A DNA stretch of 64,000 bases, from assembly GCA_951406725.2 (NCBI GenBank), contig OX597821.1:53010001-53074000 (forward strand), written 5' to 3'. A model generated the notes under the pieces. The model saw only the letters and a list, made by a program, of their open reading frames with translations, had not been told where the DNA came from and did not search any database. The position numbers and the translations under genes are program-made. Shown piece by piece: positions 41,453-54,329 of the stretch. How positions within the stretch are numbered: position 1 is the stretch's first letter; the number at the start of each line of letters is the position of its first letter. The stretch comes from Octopus vulgaris. Lineage: Eukaryota.

Positions 41453-42007
41453 ATATCTATGTACATGTTTGTGCGCACGTGTGTGTATGTGAGAGAGAGA
41501 GTGAGAAAGAGAGAGGAGGAGAGGGAAAAAGAGAAAGAGAGACAATGTATGTGCAATTATATTTAGAAAAAATGTTGAGCATCTTTTAAACCTTGCTTAC
41601 ATGTAAGATATTTTGAAGCTATTAAACATAATAATAGATTAAATGTACGTTCTGCAAATTTTAGGAGAACAAAAGCATACTTAGAAACTATTACTTTCTA
41701 ATTAGGTGGCTGCAAATTGTTAATTGATGCAGTATTTGATGGAGTTCGAAAAAGTTGATTGAAAAGGGCAATAATGTAAGTACGTTTTTACTCCGTTTTT
41801 ATTCACCTTAATTTAGAAAGAGAACATTGTGGATATAAATTACATTTTCTGATATATAAATATCATTCTTTTATACATTTATTCATCTGCTTCTGTATAG
41901 CTATATATTTTAAAGAATCCTAAACACATACTATATATGCACACATGCATACATAAGACACACACACACACACGGATAAATATACATATATTTATATATA
42001 TATACGT

Positions 42008-42106
<99 letters not shown>

Positions 42107-42186
42107 GTATATATATATATATGTATATATATGTATATATATATATGTATATATATATGTATATATATGTATATATATATATACCC

Positions 42187-42386
42187 CAGAGGGCACTCAC
42201 TAAACGAATTGAAGACATGGCTGCTCTCGATTATTGGGATCGCCTTAAAGCCCTGAAACTCTACTCTCTCCAGCGTCGCCGTGAGTGGTACATCATTTGT
42301 ACGATGTGGAGAATATACCGCCAACTTTGCCCAAACGACCTTAACATTAGCTTCAAGGTTCATCCAAGACTGGGACCACGGGGATC
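42187..42386 (+). mobile_element. CR1-type LINE ORF2 C-terminal fragment
   Basis: [33 protein letters not shown] matches the typical QR..TK.I......Y.ERL..L.L.SL..RR motif. Confidence 0.8.
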
Positions 42387-42469
42387 AAATATATATATAT
42401 ATATATATATATAGACATACGTATACATACACACATATACATACATACATATATATACCTGTAATAAAA

Positions 42470-42572
42470 TATATGACAAGCGAATAATTGTCACATATAT
42501 TACAGATAAATTCCTCTATTTACATAATGTCGAGGTCCCTTTCATTCTTTTGTTGTCTTACCATTACTATAA

Positions 42573-42575
<3 letters not shown>
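42470..42575 (+). mobile_element. 3' end of the element family at 56820-57090
   Basis: CGAATAATTGTCACATAT...TTTACATAATGTCGAGGTC...GTCTTACCATT is the reverse complement of about 56830-56920. Confidence 0.65.
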
Positions 42576-42603
<28 letters not shown>

Positions 42604-43110
42604 TGTGGGCTCAGATAAAATAGGTGTGAAAGAGTTTTGTATACATTTTGTATACATTTTGTATAAAATAGGTGTGAAAGAGATATTATATGTGGCAAAC
42701 CTGTGGAGAGAAAGAGATGCATATAATTGATGAAATGCCGAGCACAAACTACGAATCAGTAAATATTTTCACTAAATATGTTATCAATTACTTTGTGTTC
42801 CATCATTAAAATAATTTGAAAGCTAAAGATTTTTTCTTTCGACGTCGACAAGTGTATCTTGCAGCGTAAATATAATTAATTATGATATAAAGAAGGTGAT
42901 CTGTTAAAATACATGATCTGTCTAAAATTCAGACGTCAAAAAATTTCCATGGCGCGTGAGGCCATACAATGCATCATTCAATGTCAATTGAATAGATTTT
43001 GGTTAAAAGTACGGACATGATTGTGTGTGTGTGTGTGTTTGTTTGTGTAAATATGTGCACGCGCGAATACAGTCAAACACACACACACAAATATATATAT
43101 ATATATATAT

Positions 43111-43452
43111 AACAATTGCAGTGTGGAAGGTGTTTATAAACCATTTAAGAAACACAAAAACCGTTAGGTTCACTTCAACATTTAAATTTAATTTGCCAAA
43201 ATATTTTCGTCGCTTCGAGACCACGACCTGTTCTCTGACAAAATTCCGGATGCTGCGCATAATTTTGTCAGTGAACAGGTCGCGGTCTCAGAGCGATGAA
43301 AATATTTTGGCAAATTAAATTTAAATGTTGAAGTGAATCTAGCGGTTTTTGCGGGTTTTAAATAGCTTATGAACACCTTCCACGCTGCAATTGTTTTCGT
43401 TCCATCACACGATCTCTGATCAGGTAGTTGCCATGCAAGTACATCTCCGTAA
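43111..43452. mobile_element. Fold-back element (~135-bp inverted arms, 43111-43395) with two variant-core HHR-like motifs
   Basis: Arms AACAATTGCAGTGTGGAAGG... / ...CCTTCCACGCTGCAATTGTT. The right arm continues to ~43452. Microsatellite on both sides. Confidence 0.85.
43264..43314 (+). ncRNA. Hammerhead-like motif with G3/C8 core (GTGAACA)
   Basis: TTTGTCA-GTGAACA-G-GTCGC-GGTCTCAGA-GCGAT-GAAA-ATATTT-TGGCAAA. Mirror copy at 43192-43242 (-) has core GAGAACA. Confidence 0.6.
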
Positions 43453-43472
43453 TATGTATGTATGTATGTATG

Positions 43473-43508
<36 letters not shown>

Positions 43509-43691
43509 TATATATATATAAAATTCAGGATGCATATGTTTCCCAGTTAGCAGAACCTCAGCTGTAATAATTACTCAACGTGGCTTACTCAGCTAGCTAC
43601 TCATTAGGCCGGAATTACCTTAATTATATGAAGGTTACATTACTTTTAAGGAATCCCAAGTTAACTCGTGGAACATAAGATATAGTTTCAA

Positions 43692-43726
<35 letters not shown>

Positions 43727-44912
43727 TGACTATATACATGTCATCATACACACACACACATAGACACACGTGCGCGCGCGCACATACACACAGCTACGCA
43801 CGCATCCACACACGCTAACACATGCACCCATCCACAATCACCGACCTCCCCCATATTTGCAAAGTATTTGCAGACGCAATATCTCCCCGAACCATCAAAT
43901 GTATGAACCATCAAGATTATATGAGCTCCGTTTTAGTCGTTTCTTCCACGAATTTATTTTCACGACTCTACTTGCGAACTGATATTAAACTCCGCTTTGT
44001 ATATCAATATGTTCCCAATCACAAATCAGAGACGTAGCCACTTCTTTTCATTTTAGCAAAACTCAGTCGCTTGCATTTTCATCTGTGTCTTGGATGTCTA
44101 TATTGATTGTGCTTGTTTAATGAGACACGCATTTCCCTCATTCCTTCTATCTATTATCTATCAATCTACAGCTATTTAACTCGCTTTGTTGTTTACGGAA
44201 CTTGTTTCCTACATTAAAAAACTGCATGTGCAAAGACAGATTCGTCAGAGAAACATCTCTAATTTTATTAAGTAGTTAATTCATCTACAGCTCGTCTGCG
44301 TATATTATAGAATGGCACTGTCGTACATCAGTTTTCAGTTTCATTTATCATTTACGTGAAAGCAATAAATAATGTGTTGATTTTGATATAGATCAAAATA
44401 CGAAGATAATGAAGATAACAGAGCTAACAGAATGTAGCAACTGATATTTCGATTCCTATGTCTGAGAATATTCAGCAGATGATAATAATAAAATAGGTGA
44501 TGCATCATAATAAATTCCCGGTTCGTACAATCATAACAATTATATTCCAAATTGTTGAGAAACAATGTCAGATAATATACTTTATAGAAGCACGAATTGA
44601 ATTATGGAAGATCTGAAGATGTGAAGTACACAGAAATCGTGTGTAATTACAAACTACAACAGAGCTTTAGTAATAAATGAATATCTATAAACATTCCGGC
44701 TTGCCACCTGTAACTGATCATGTGATATATATGTTTGTATGTGTGTGTGTGTGTGCATATACATTTATATATGTACATATATATGTAATACACATGATAA
44801 ATATATAAATATATATATGATATATAAGTACATACATGCATATAGGAATACGCGCGTACACACACACGCATACACACATACGCACACACACACACACACA
44901 CACGCACGCACA

Positions 44913-44986
<74 letters not shown>

Positions 44987-45461
44987 GTCTATGTATTAGG
45001 AGTAACTCTAAAGTGTGCACGTTAACAATGTCAAATGCTTAACCTACATTTGCCGTTTAATAGTCACAAGGTAGTATGTTTTCGTCCGTGAAAAATAACT
45101 TCTATATATACGTATAGTCTTAGAAACGTCGTTAAACTTCAGATAGAAGGGTAATCAAAATCAACCCAAAAGTAATCACATGAGCGGCGAATACTTATTT
45201 CACCGTAGAGGTGGCTTATCAATGTTGTGTAATCGTGCCACCTCCGAAACGAAATCGAATTCGCTAGAGTGGAATATATACAGGTAATCTATAAACTTCT
45301 TGCACAAATTGTTGCTTTGTAGTGGTGATGCTTGAGTAGATTAGATACAAATTATGCTATAGAAGTTACAATATAACGTAAACATTATTAATACTATATA
45401 CGCAAAGTACACTTGTTCCTTAAATGTCAAAATGTGTGGTTCTTCGTCCCAAAAATCCCTT

Positions 45462-45501
<40 letters not shown>

Positions 45502-45505
<4 letters not shown>

Positions 45506-45632
45506 GGAATTCATGAAAAGAACAAAAACGAAGACAGGTGGTGTAGAAAACAAATAGATGTATTAGTTTAACGCTGTGGGATTGAAATGACTTTAACGTT
45601 TCGAGCCTACGCTCTTCCACAGAAAGGAACAT
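45502..45632 (-). mobile_element. Short PLE-end-like element in (TA)n with HHR-like motif (45591-45626)
   Basis: Minus strand CTTT-CTGTGGA-A-GAGC-GTAG-GCTC-GAAAC-GTT-AAAG. Confidence 0.65.
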
Positions 45633-45642
45633 ATATATATAT

Positions 45643-46020
45643 ACAACATCCTCAGACCTTTTCAATCTAGGATCATGAAAACATCATCCTTCTTTTCTCG
45701 ACATCCGCTGCCCATTTTGGTCCCCTTACAAGAAACAAAACATAACGAGAATCGAAGCGCCACAAAGATCAATCACTAAAATAATAAATGGCTTCATGGG
45801 GCTTGATTATTGGGCTCGACTTAATCAGCTGAATCTCTATTCTCTGTAATGTTGTCGTGAGCGATCCATTATTTCCATCACGTGGGAAATAGTCCACCAG
45901 TATTATCCAAATGATATAGGTATTATGTTTACAATTCAACCAAAGCTAGGTCCCCGTGCAATACGTTCCCTACAAATGTCGAGATCACATCACATAAGAA
46001 CATTGAGACATGTCTTCGCC

Positions 46021-46023
<3 letters not shown>
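45643..46023 (+). mobile_element. CR1-type LINE ORF2 C-terminal fragment
   Basis: CPFWSPYKKQNITRIEAPQRSITKIINGFMGLDYWARLNQLNLYSL*..PNDIGIMFTIQPKLGPR, homologous to 42187-42386. Confidence 0.8.
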
Positions 46024-46080
<57 letters not shown>

Positions 46081-46107
46081 ATGTGCATATATATATTTAT
46101 ATCTATG

Positions 46108-46157
<50 letters not shown>

Positions 46158-46161
46158 TATG

Positions 46162-46192
<31 letters not shown>

Positions 46193-46737
46193 GTCTATGC
46201 ATGTTTATATATGTGTGTGTGTGTTTGTATGTATGCATGTATATCTATGCGCGCGCAATGGTGTGTGTATGAATACTGAATAATGAAGTCTAACCTGTTT
46301 AAAAGATGTATGGTTTTAAAGAAGAATGCCTTTAGTTAATAAACAAGAAATTCTATTGTCTGGTTATTGGCAGAAAGCATCCATATTTCATGTAGTAACA
46401 GTTTCCCTATCAGAAAAGCTATAATTTAAAATGAATTCTAGTATATTTTTGTTTATGTATTGTAGGGACTTCATGGATATTGACGATATAACTCGTGCTC
46501 CTTTATTATCATTTCAAACATTGATTCGTGAATATGTTCATAAATAGCGATGTGTTTGAGCACGCATGTGCGTGTGTTTTTGTGTAGGTATGTATGTGTG
46601 TGCGTGTGGGCGTATGCAAGTAATATAATAAATTTATCATAAATCATCAACAGACGTATATGATTATTCAGTCGGTATCAAGTATATTTTGTATTCATGC
46701 TATCATTCTTGGAGCAACATAAATTTGTTTTATGTGT

Positions 46738-46910
46738 ATAGGAGATCTGATCAATAAGTTTCCGGATTTTTGCTATAGAGACGAAACTAAAGTGCGCAGA
46801 TTGGCACAGATTGACCTTATACTCTGCTGTGCATGCATACGAAGTTTAAACGTTCCAGCTCACTTTGTTGTTTACTGCAGTGCTTGGAAGAAAAGTGTGT
46901 AGCGCGTAAT
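46738..46910 (+). mobile_element. Probable mariner-type DNA transposon end
   Basis: TA-GGAGATCTGATCAATAAGTTTCCGGATT resembles mariner TIRs (TA-CGAGGTCTG..CAA.AAGT...CGGA). No partner TIR found. Confidence 0.45.
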
Positions 46911-48121
46911 CTTTAAACACAGGTAGCTAAAATTGTATGAATGCTTGTAGCAGATTTTAATCAATGACCATCCCTACTTTAGATAATATGAAACCGTTTG
47001 GCTCTATGTCAAAGTAAATCAAACAGTTAAAATAACGCTTATTCTAAGTGCACATCTTGTAAGAGAATACGCAAAGTAAGTAAGTTACTTTCCAAATGAC
47101 TAGTGACATCGTTCACATTACAGAGCCGCTGTAGATAATAAAATATTTTCTGTAAATTCCGTACGCGGTGATATCAAATGTTATCAACTGATCAATATGG
47201 TAATAGACTGATTTAATGCTGTCTGGAGACTCGTAAAGATCAACAAACGTAAATCACCAAGATTTAGGTTGGAATACAATATATGAGATACAGACTAGGT
47301 GACAGATGGCCGATATATACAATACTTTCTGATGGAAAGAATAAACTCAGAATAAAGGAAGAGCACAATAGTAAAGTTGAAAGAGCGCTGAAATACAAAA
47401 CAATGAAATAATTAGTGTATTAGATTAATTCGTGGTCCTTAATTAGGATTCATGTAATTCCAATGCACTTATTTCTTAGGAAAAGCATGACGTCTATCGC
47501 TTAGATTTCCTCTTTATGAAGAGCTTTGAATATATCTCTGAAACTAAGAGAATGTAGACGATGTTTGCCCTCTAACAGAATGATAGTGATCATTTTCTTC
47601 GTCTGATGTTAGAAAAGCATTGTAAATTTATGGACATAATTTTAACGTGGATATTTCAAATGTATATCTTAATAAATTCTTAATCCAGTAATAATACGTT
47701 TTAGTATAAAATATCTGAATATTACTCCAATTAAATTCAGTTTCACTCTTAATCATTATCATGATATACTACATTCATGTAAAAGGAAATTTCTATCAAA
47801 TAATTAACATCTATTTTCACTTTAATTTGTATTAACTAAAATTTAGTAAAGTAAGATAATAACTACCTTCAGCAGAAGTATTCTACTCAACAATTTGCAA
47901 AAACTTTTATGCAGAAGATTGCACAAATTATAGATTTATCATATCTCCCTCTCTGTCTCCATCTTTTCATATATGAAGACACACACCCACACAGACACAC
48001 ACCCATACATATAAATGCGTGTATTTACATGTGCGCACATATATATCACATATACCTGCGATTGTAGCTATACAGTGATATATTATTAAATTTGTACGTA
48101 TCTGTCTACATCTCTCTCGCT

Positions 48122-48161
<40 letters not shown>

Positions 48162-51100
48162 ACACACGCCCTGTTGTGTGTATGCATACATGTATAATTG
48201 ATCTCTTTATCTATGAATTGGAAGTGTAAATCTCTACCTACAGCTCAGAGTGATTTTTGAATTTTAGGAGAGGCGAGAACCATGGAAATAAATTACTTAA
48301 ATTAAATTAAATAGATAAATATATTTCTGTCGCTGATACATGTGAATATATTTTAAATGGAAATGAATGAGGAAAACTTTAAAGCGTTCATGTTAATAAC
48401 TATTTTTACGTTTAGATTGATCACTTTTGCATTACTTTGTATAGTGATTATATATAATTAATAATGTATGTGCAATAATTGCAGAAATTAGACTGAAATA
48501 TTGTTTGAAGTATAATGCATTGCTATTTTGGTGAAGAACGTTGTTTTACGAAATATATTTTGTATCTCGATCATATAATCAAATGTTGCACAGCTCTACA
48601 GAATGTTCAAAATGTATATTCATATTATGTATGTTATATGCGACTATAGCTATCATATTAATAAACATTACAAGCAGCACTCATTTGAGACTTCTCGTTC
48701 ACTCATGCTGTTGGACCTTATTGTTACAGAGGAACTATTTTGAGGAAAACGATATTCGCTACATAGTAAAGAACGCATCCCACCCTTGTACCTTCGTTTC
48801 AGAGGCAAAAGATATTTAAAATCCCAACTCTATTGACACTCTCAAAAACTCAGGTGAGGCTTATAATTTAGTATTGTTTTTACATCTGGGATGGTAATGC
48901 GGATAAATCCATCCAATATTACACCTAGAAAAATGTGACGCGGTTAATTGGCAGAACGTCATTAATGGACAGGCTTTAGTTTCTGGCCCACCAACTTACT
49001 GTTTCTTTTCTCTGCTTTTTCAATCGCTACTATAATGGTTTGTGGTCCTTGGTGCTAGCTGGGCATATGCAACCTCTACTCAGGCATACCCAAGCCAACC
49101 TAAGTAGCATCTTTCCTTCTCTCATCAACCCTGCCCTGCTGCGTCCAGCCCTCCAAGCCCCGTACAGAATAATATGCCAAGTCTGTTTTTCCTGTAAACG
49201 TCAGTACTCTGGAATTTACTCCTTACCCATAACTTGCGTATGAGTATTGATTTTTAGTGCTTCAAAGAGAGCATCGGTCTCACATGCGTTGGAGAGTCTG
49301 CATAGGCCAATGACACAACCCCTTTCTCTAGACCCAACATGGATGTATAGGTAGGAAGTATATGTGTATGTGTGTGTGTGTCTGTGTGTGTGTGTGTGTG
49401 TGTGCGTGCCTGTATGTATGTATGTATTGTAGAGAGACAAAAATGTAGCGAGGCATATTCCTTCATAAGCTAAATCTTACTTCATCTGATATCGATGATT
49501 TGAGATATCAGATACTTTTCGACTTCATGACTTATTTACAACGATTTCTGTTTCTACGATGGTATTGTAATATAACGTTAATATTTGCGAGTCAATGTTA
49601 TCAAGCAGTAAACTGCATACAACCACTAGGATGGCTCGTATTTAGTAAATGAAATAGTCTTTAGTAGAGTCGAAATTAGGACGTAGTAATATCTTAAGCA
49701 AGTATTACAATATCATAATAAAGCCTGGTTTGGGGTTTCCGATAACTCGTGAACTTCTATAAAAAATAAAAAGCAGAGTTCAGGAATACTTTCCATGACC
49801 ACAAGAGAGTTCCATTAACAATTAGTTTCTTTCTATTTCCCAAAGTGTCTTTGCTTGAGACAGCGGGATTTTTATCTTTCACATAATACGAACTTAGGTC
49901 ATATCCTCTGGAAGTGACAAGCTGTAATCATACACTAATGAAAATAATTCATTGATAAACTCTGTAAAATAGTTATAAAATGGTTGGATCAACACAAGGA
50001 GTTGATGCACTCTTTCATAACGCTGATTTATTACATCTGCTCCGTATAATTTACAACAACATTGTATACACTGTTATTACACAATATTTCAGGCAGCAGA
50101 ATATTCCAGTAAGCATCCGTATGCTATGTTTACCGATGTCCACACATCTTAAGAAAACTGTAATAATTCACTGTAGGAAATAATTTATATTGCAACTGAC
50201 TGAATAAACCTACATGTTGTGAAGTCCGAAGTCATCTATAGCAGAGCAAACATAATGAGACCTTGTTAATAGCCAGATGGAAATATTTGGATAAAGATTT
50301 GATTATTCTCTATTGTAATTAATCCTTTTATTGTGTTGTGTAGATAGCACTTGTATTAGATTGCCTTTTACCTGCGATTATATTGACTAGCTTCAGAATG
50401 ATTCAGTATATAATTAAAAAGGAATATAGCAAATTTTCATAGGCATACATACACAATCTCTCTGCCTCTCTCTCTTACACACACATACACACACACGCAC
50501 ACATACACACATGTATATTTTTGTATGTATCTAGTACTCTCTCACTATCTCTTCAAGACTCTCCGTATATTACATGAAAGCGCAGCAATATGTTCGCAGT
50601 CAGATATGAGTTAAAGCAACAGAAAATGCAGGTCACATCAACGCATTCGAACCACGCATCTCTCACTGGTCGTATTATTGAGCATAAAAGTGGCTTATGA
50701 ACACTTTAATTATCAAAATAAGAAACATAAGCGTCTTCTTTTTTCTTCCTGAATAACTGTGAATAACTTTTTTCTTCCTGAATAACTGAGCCCTCAATTT
50801 CCACAATGATAGGCGAAGAGTTATCTGCAACGTCAACACCTTATTGTTTACGTTTTAGCTAATTATAATTCGTATAACAGAGTGTTATAATCATTAATAT
50901 TCAAGAATTTCAGTAACATACAGGACTATTAAACGCATCTCTATTGGTATTTATATATCTACCACAATGTCTATAATGCACATATGAGTTGAGATAAGAC
51001 AAACATGTCAAGCTTATACGTCAAAAAAGTATTGTATATATTTGCTATTTTGACAGTGTAGTCTGTAGAAGCCACTTAATGTATTTGGTACATCACGACA

Positions 51101-51189
51101 AAGAACACATGTTTCAGCGGTAGTATATTCTAGGATTCTCTAATCCTACAAAATAGAGATATTTTCCTCTCATAAAGAAATACATATGT

Positions 51190-51250
<61 letters not shown>

Positions 51251-52469
51251 TTATGCACGTATACATACATACATCGATCCATACATGCATACGTACATAC
51301 ACACATACTTATGCATTATATATACATACATGTATAAAAATCTACTGTATACTACTGAAATTCCGCCGGCAAATCAACAATAAACACGAGGCAAATATGA
51401 GGCACTTGTCCAGCTGTTGCATTTTACATTTGGTAGCACGTTTGCATTAGTTACAAATCAGATTTATGTTTAGTCATAAGTCCCGGCTGTCAAAACATCC
51501 CGCTAATATTCTCCATTCCAATTAAAAGCTGATTCTTCAGCCATTTATCCATTACATTTATTTCTTCTTAAATATTTCATTTGTTGCTGACTGTATTTAT
51601 TATTTAATAACTGTCGCTATCCGACCCCTTAAACATTTATTTGAAGCCTCAAAGCATTATCAGTTAAGAAGAATCTATAGACGCCACAATTGTTGTAATG
51701 TCCAATATATAATAACATCATATTGTCTGCAGAAGAGAGAACAGTCTTTTGAAAATCATCTGCAGATTCACATTGTGTAATTCGCATCTCTGAGACCATA
51801 TGTCATTAATTATTCAAGAGGGCCTGTGTAGAAAATATTTACCCCTAATGGAATAGAATTCAATTAATCGAAAGCCATCACAGAGCAGAGAATTTAATAA
51901 CATAATTCAACATTGTAATTATACATGCGGGTGTAGTTATCCAACCCGTCTTGAAGAATCATAATTCGGAATTAAGAAATGGGTCGAGATGATATACACA
52001 AACTACATCAGGATGAAAAATGATACTTAATTTGATTATAAATATGACGTTGATGCTGATAACCAGCCGTTGTTATCTTCTATTTTGGCAAAGTAATTAA
52101 AATAATACTATTCATTAAATAATATCGTTTACGTTTCACCATTTTACATACAAATTCCATATCTCGTTCGTCGGTAAATTCTATTCATATGAAGAGAAAA
52201 TAGTTTGCTGTTTAAGCTTATATTGAGCCAAAATATATCAATGTCGTTTCTTTTTATCCAATTTCTTTTAATTTTTTCTGTGCCATTGTATAACTCCGTA
52301 CAAACCTACTACCATTAATTTCAAAATCTTCACTTTCCTTTCACGCATACACACGTATACATGATTATTATTGCGTGTGTATGTGAGCGAGGATCTATGC
52401 ATACATACACACAAATATGTACATGTATATAAATATAGAGATACACATATGCATAAATGCATGTATACT

Positions 52470-52513
<44 letters not shown>

Positions 52514-53310
52514 TCTCTTTATAAATATTTGTTACATACACACACACAAATACACACACACATATATTGATAATTTAAATTTTAAATTTTTGATATAGAT
52601 GTTTTTATGTTACATTTACATTGGTAATAAATCGGTTTGTGTCTGTAACGCATCAATTGCAGATAAATATTTGAAAGTTTATGTTTTCCGTTTAAATTCA
52701 ATGAATGGTCGGTCAGTGTTCCTCTAAATTATCCGCAATGTTGTGATGTATATCATTCTGTACGATTTCTTAATCTATTTACAACCATTATACAAAGCGT
52801 AGATTGTTTTGCTAATAAATTTTTCTCTTTAAAACCAGATTGATCGTCTTCGGTGTTAACCGAAGTAAGCTATTTTGAAGTTACATCTAAAGTACATTCG
52901 CTATCAACTGGGCGGTAATAAACAACACAACGTTTTTTTTTTTTATGAAGAGCTCACCAAGAGAGACTATAGCGAAACGGCTGATGCACGAAATGAAATT
53001 TCATGTGATATAGGCAGTCTATTTATAAGGATCATGTCTAGACACCTGAGGCTGTTTACAAGCCGAGTAAAAAGACTTCCACTAACGCACTGGTTCACTA
53101 AACTGATATAATTTGATATAGAAGCAAACAGAAACAAGGGAATTACAACATTGCAATAACAAATAAACAGACGCGATAAAAACAATGGTATGTGTATATA
53201 CGGAGAAAATATCTAATATAATTGAAATGTTGCAATATATCCTTACCTCACATATTTATATACTTCCCCACTTCCTTGTCTCGTAAAATTTCAGTTCTTG
53301 TAAAAATAGA

Positions 53311-53350
53311 ATTATCACTTACCTGCAAAAAAGAAAAAGTAGAAAAACAT
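53311..53350 (-). promoter_or_regulatory. Candidate recursive splice site (3' splice site immediately followed by a 5' splice site)
   Basis: Minus strand TTTTTCTACTTTTTCTTTTTTGCAG|GTAAGTG, junction between 53323 and 53322. Confidence 0.5.
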
Positions 53351-53689
53351 GTGTAAATATAAGTGAAAACATCAGGTATATTTAAAACAAAATATTGATG
53401 TCTCGAACCAAAAATCGATTATTACTAACACTATGCTGGGATAGGATTACTAATACTTCTTATTTGTCAGAAAGTATTGTTGGTCATCGAAATATATCGA
53501 TGAAACACACGTATCTCCCCACAAAAAAAAAGAACTAGTTGAAATAGGATTGTATATTCTAAATTTACTTTTAGTCTTTTAAAAATTGAAAGATACGTAT
53601 TTACACATGAGTGTGCGCGCGCACACAAACACACACACACAAACTCAAAACCAAACTCTATGCGTCTTTGTGATTATACATACTTACAC

Positions 53690-53860
53690 ATGGTCGAAAT
53701 GTACAAAAACAAGAAGAGAAACAGGTGGAAAAACAACAAACACGGTGTAGTAGCTTGACGAAAAATCCTTGATGTTTTGAGCCTAAACACTTCGAAAAAC
53801 AGGAACAAGAAAACAAAATGGAGAGAGAAAAACGTGTCGGGGCTAACGGTTTCACATACA
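53690..53860 (-). mobile_element. Degenerate relative of the 45502-45632 element
   Basis: TTTTCGAAGTGTTTAGGCTCAAAACATC looks like a decayed GAAGAGCGTAGGCTCGAAACGT, with a similar pyrimidine-rich tail. Confidence 0.45.
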
Positions 53861-53907
53861 CGAACATGCGCACACACATACTGATATATATATACACACA
53901 CACACAG

Positions 53908-53949
<42 letters not shown>

Positions 53950-54329
53950 CAATGGGGTAAATAAAAATGATATAAAATTCAGCGCAATGAAATAGGCACT
54001 AGATAAAATAATACTTCAAAATTCTACTAAACAGGGAACACTGATAACAATAGCACCTAGTTTTCAGTTGACCAGGAAACTTTTCGCTATTTTGGATTCC
54101 AAACACAACTAGTTTCAGACAAGAAATAACAGGGTCACAATGAATATTCACAATTAAAATAACTTAACGACAAGGAATGTCTGAAAGCATTTCGTCTCTA
54201 CTAATTTCAACGACGCGGATAGAATAGAGATATATAGATTTATCTATTTGGACGATCCTGGAAAGTCATACGCAGTACTTTCGGCATTAAACGAAATTTA
54301 ATGCGGGAACTAGTGGATAATGCCAGCTT

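Noticed and set aside
44610-44650. CTGAAGA-TGTG-AAGTA-CACA-GAAAT hammerhead-like string
   Set aside because: No stem I partner and no valid NUH triplet.
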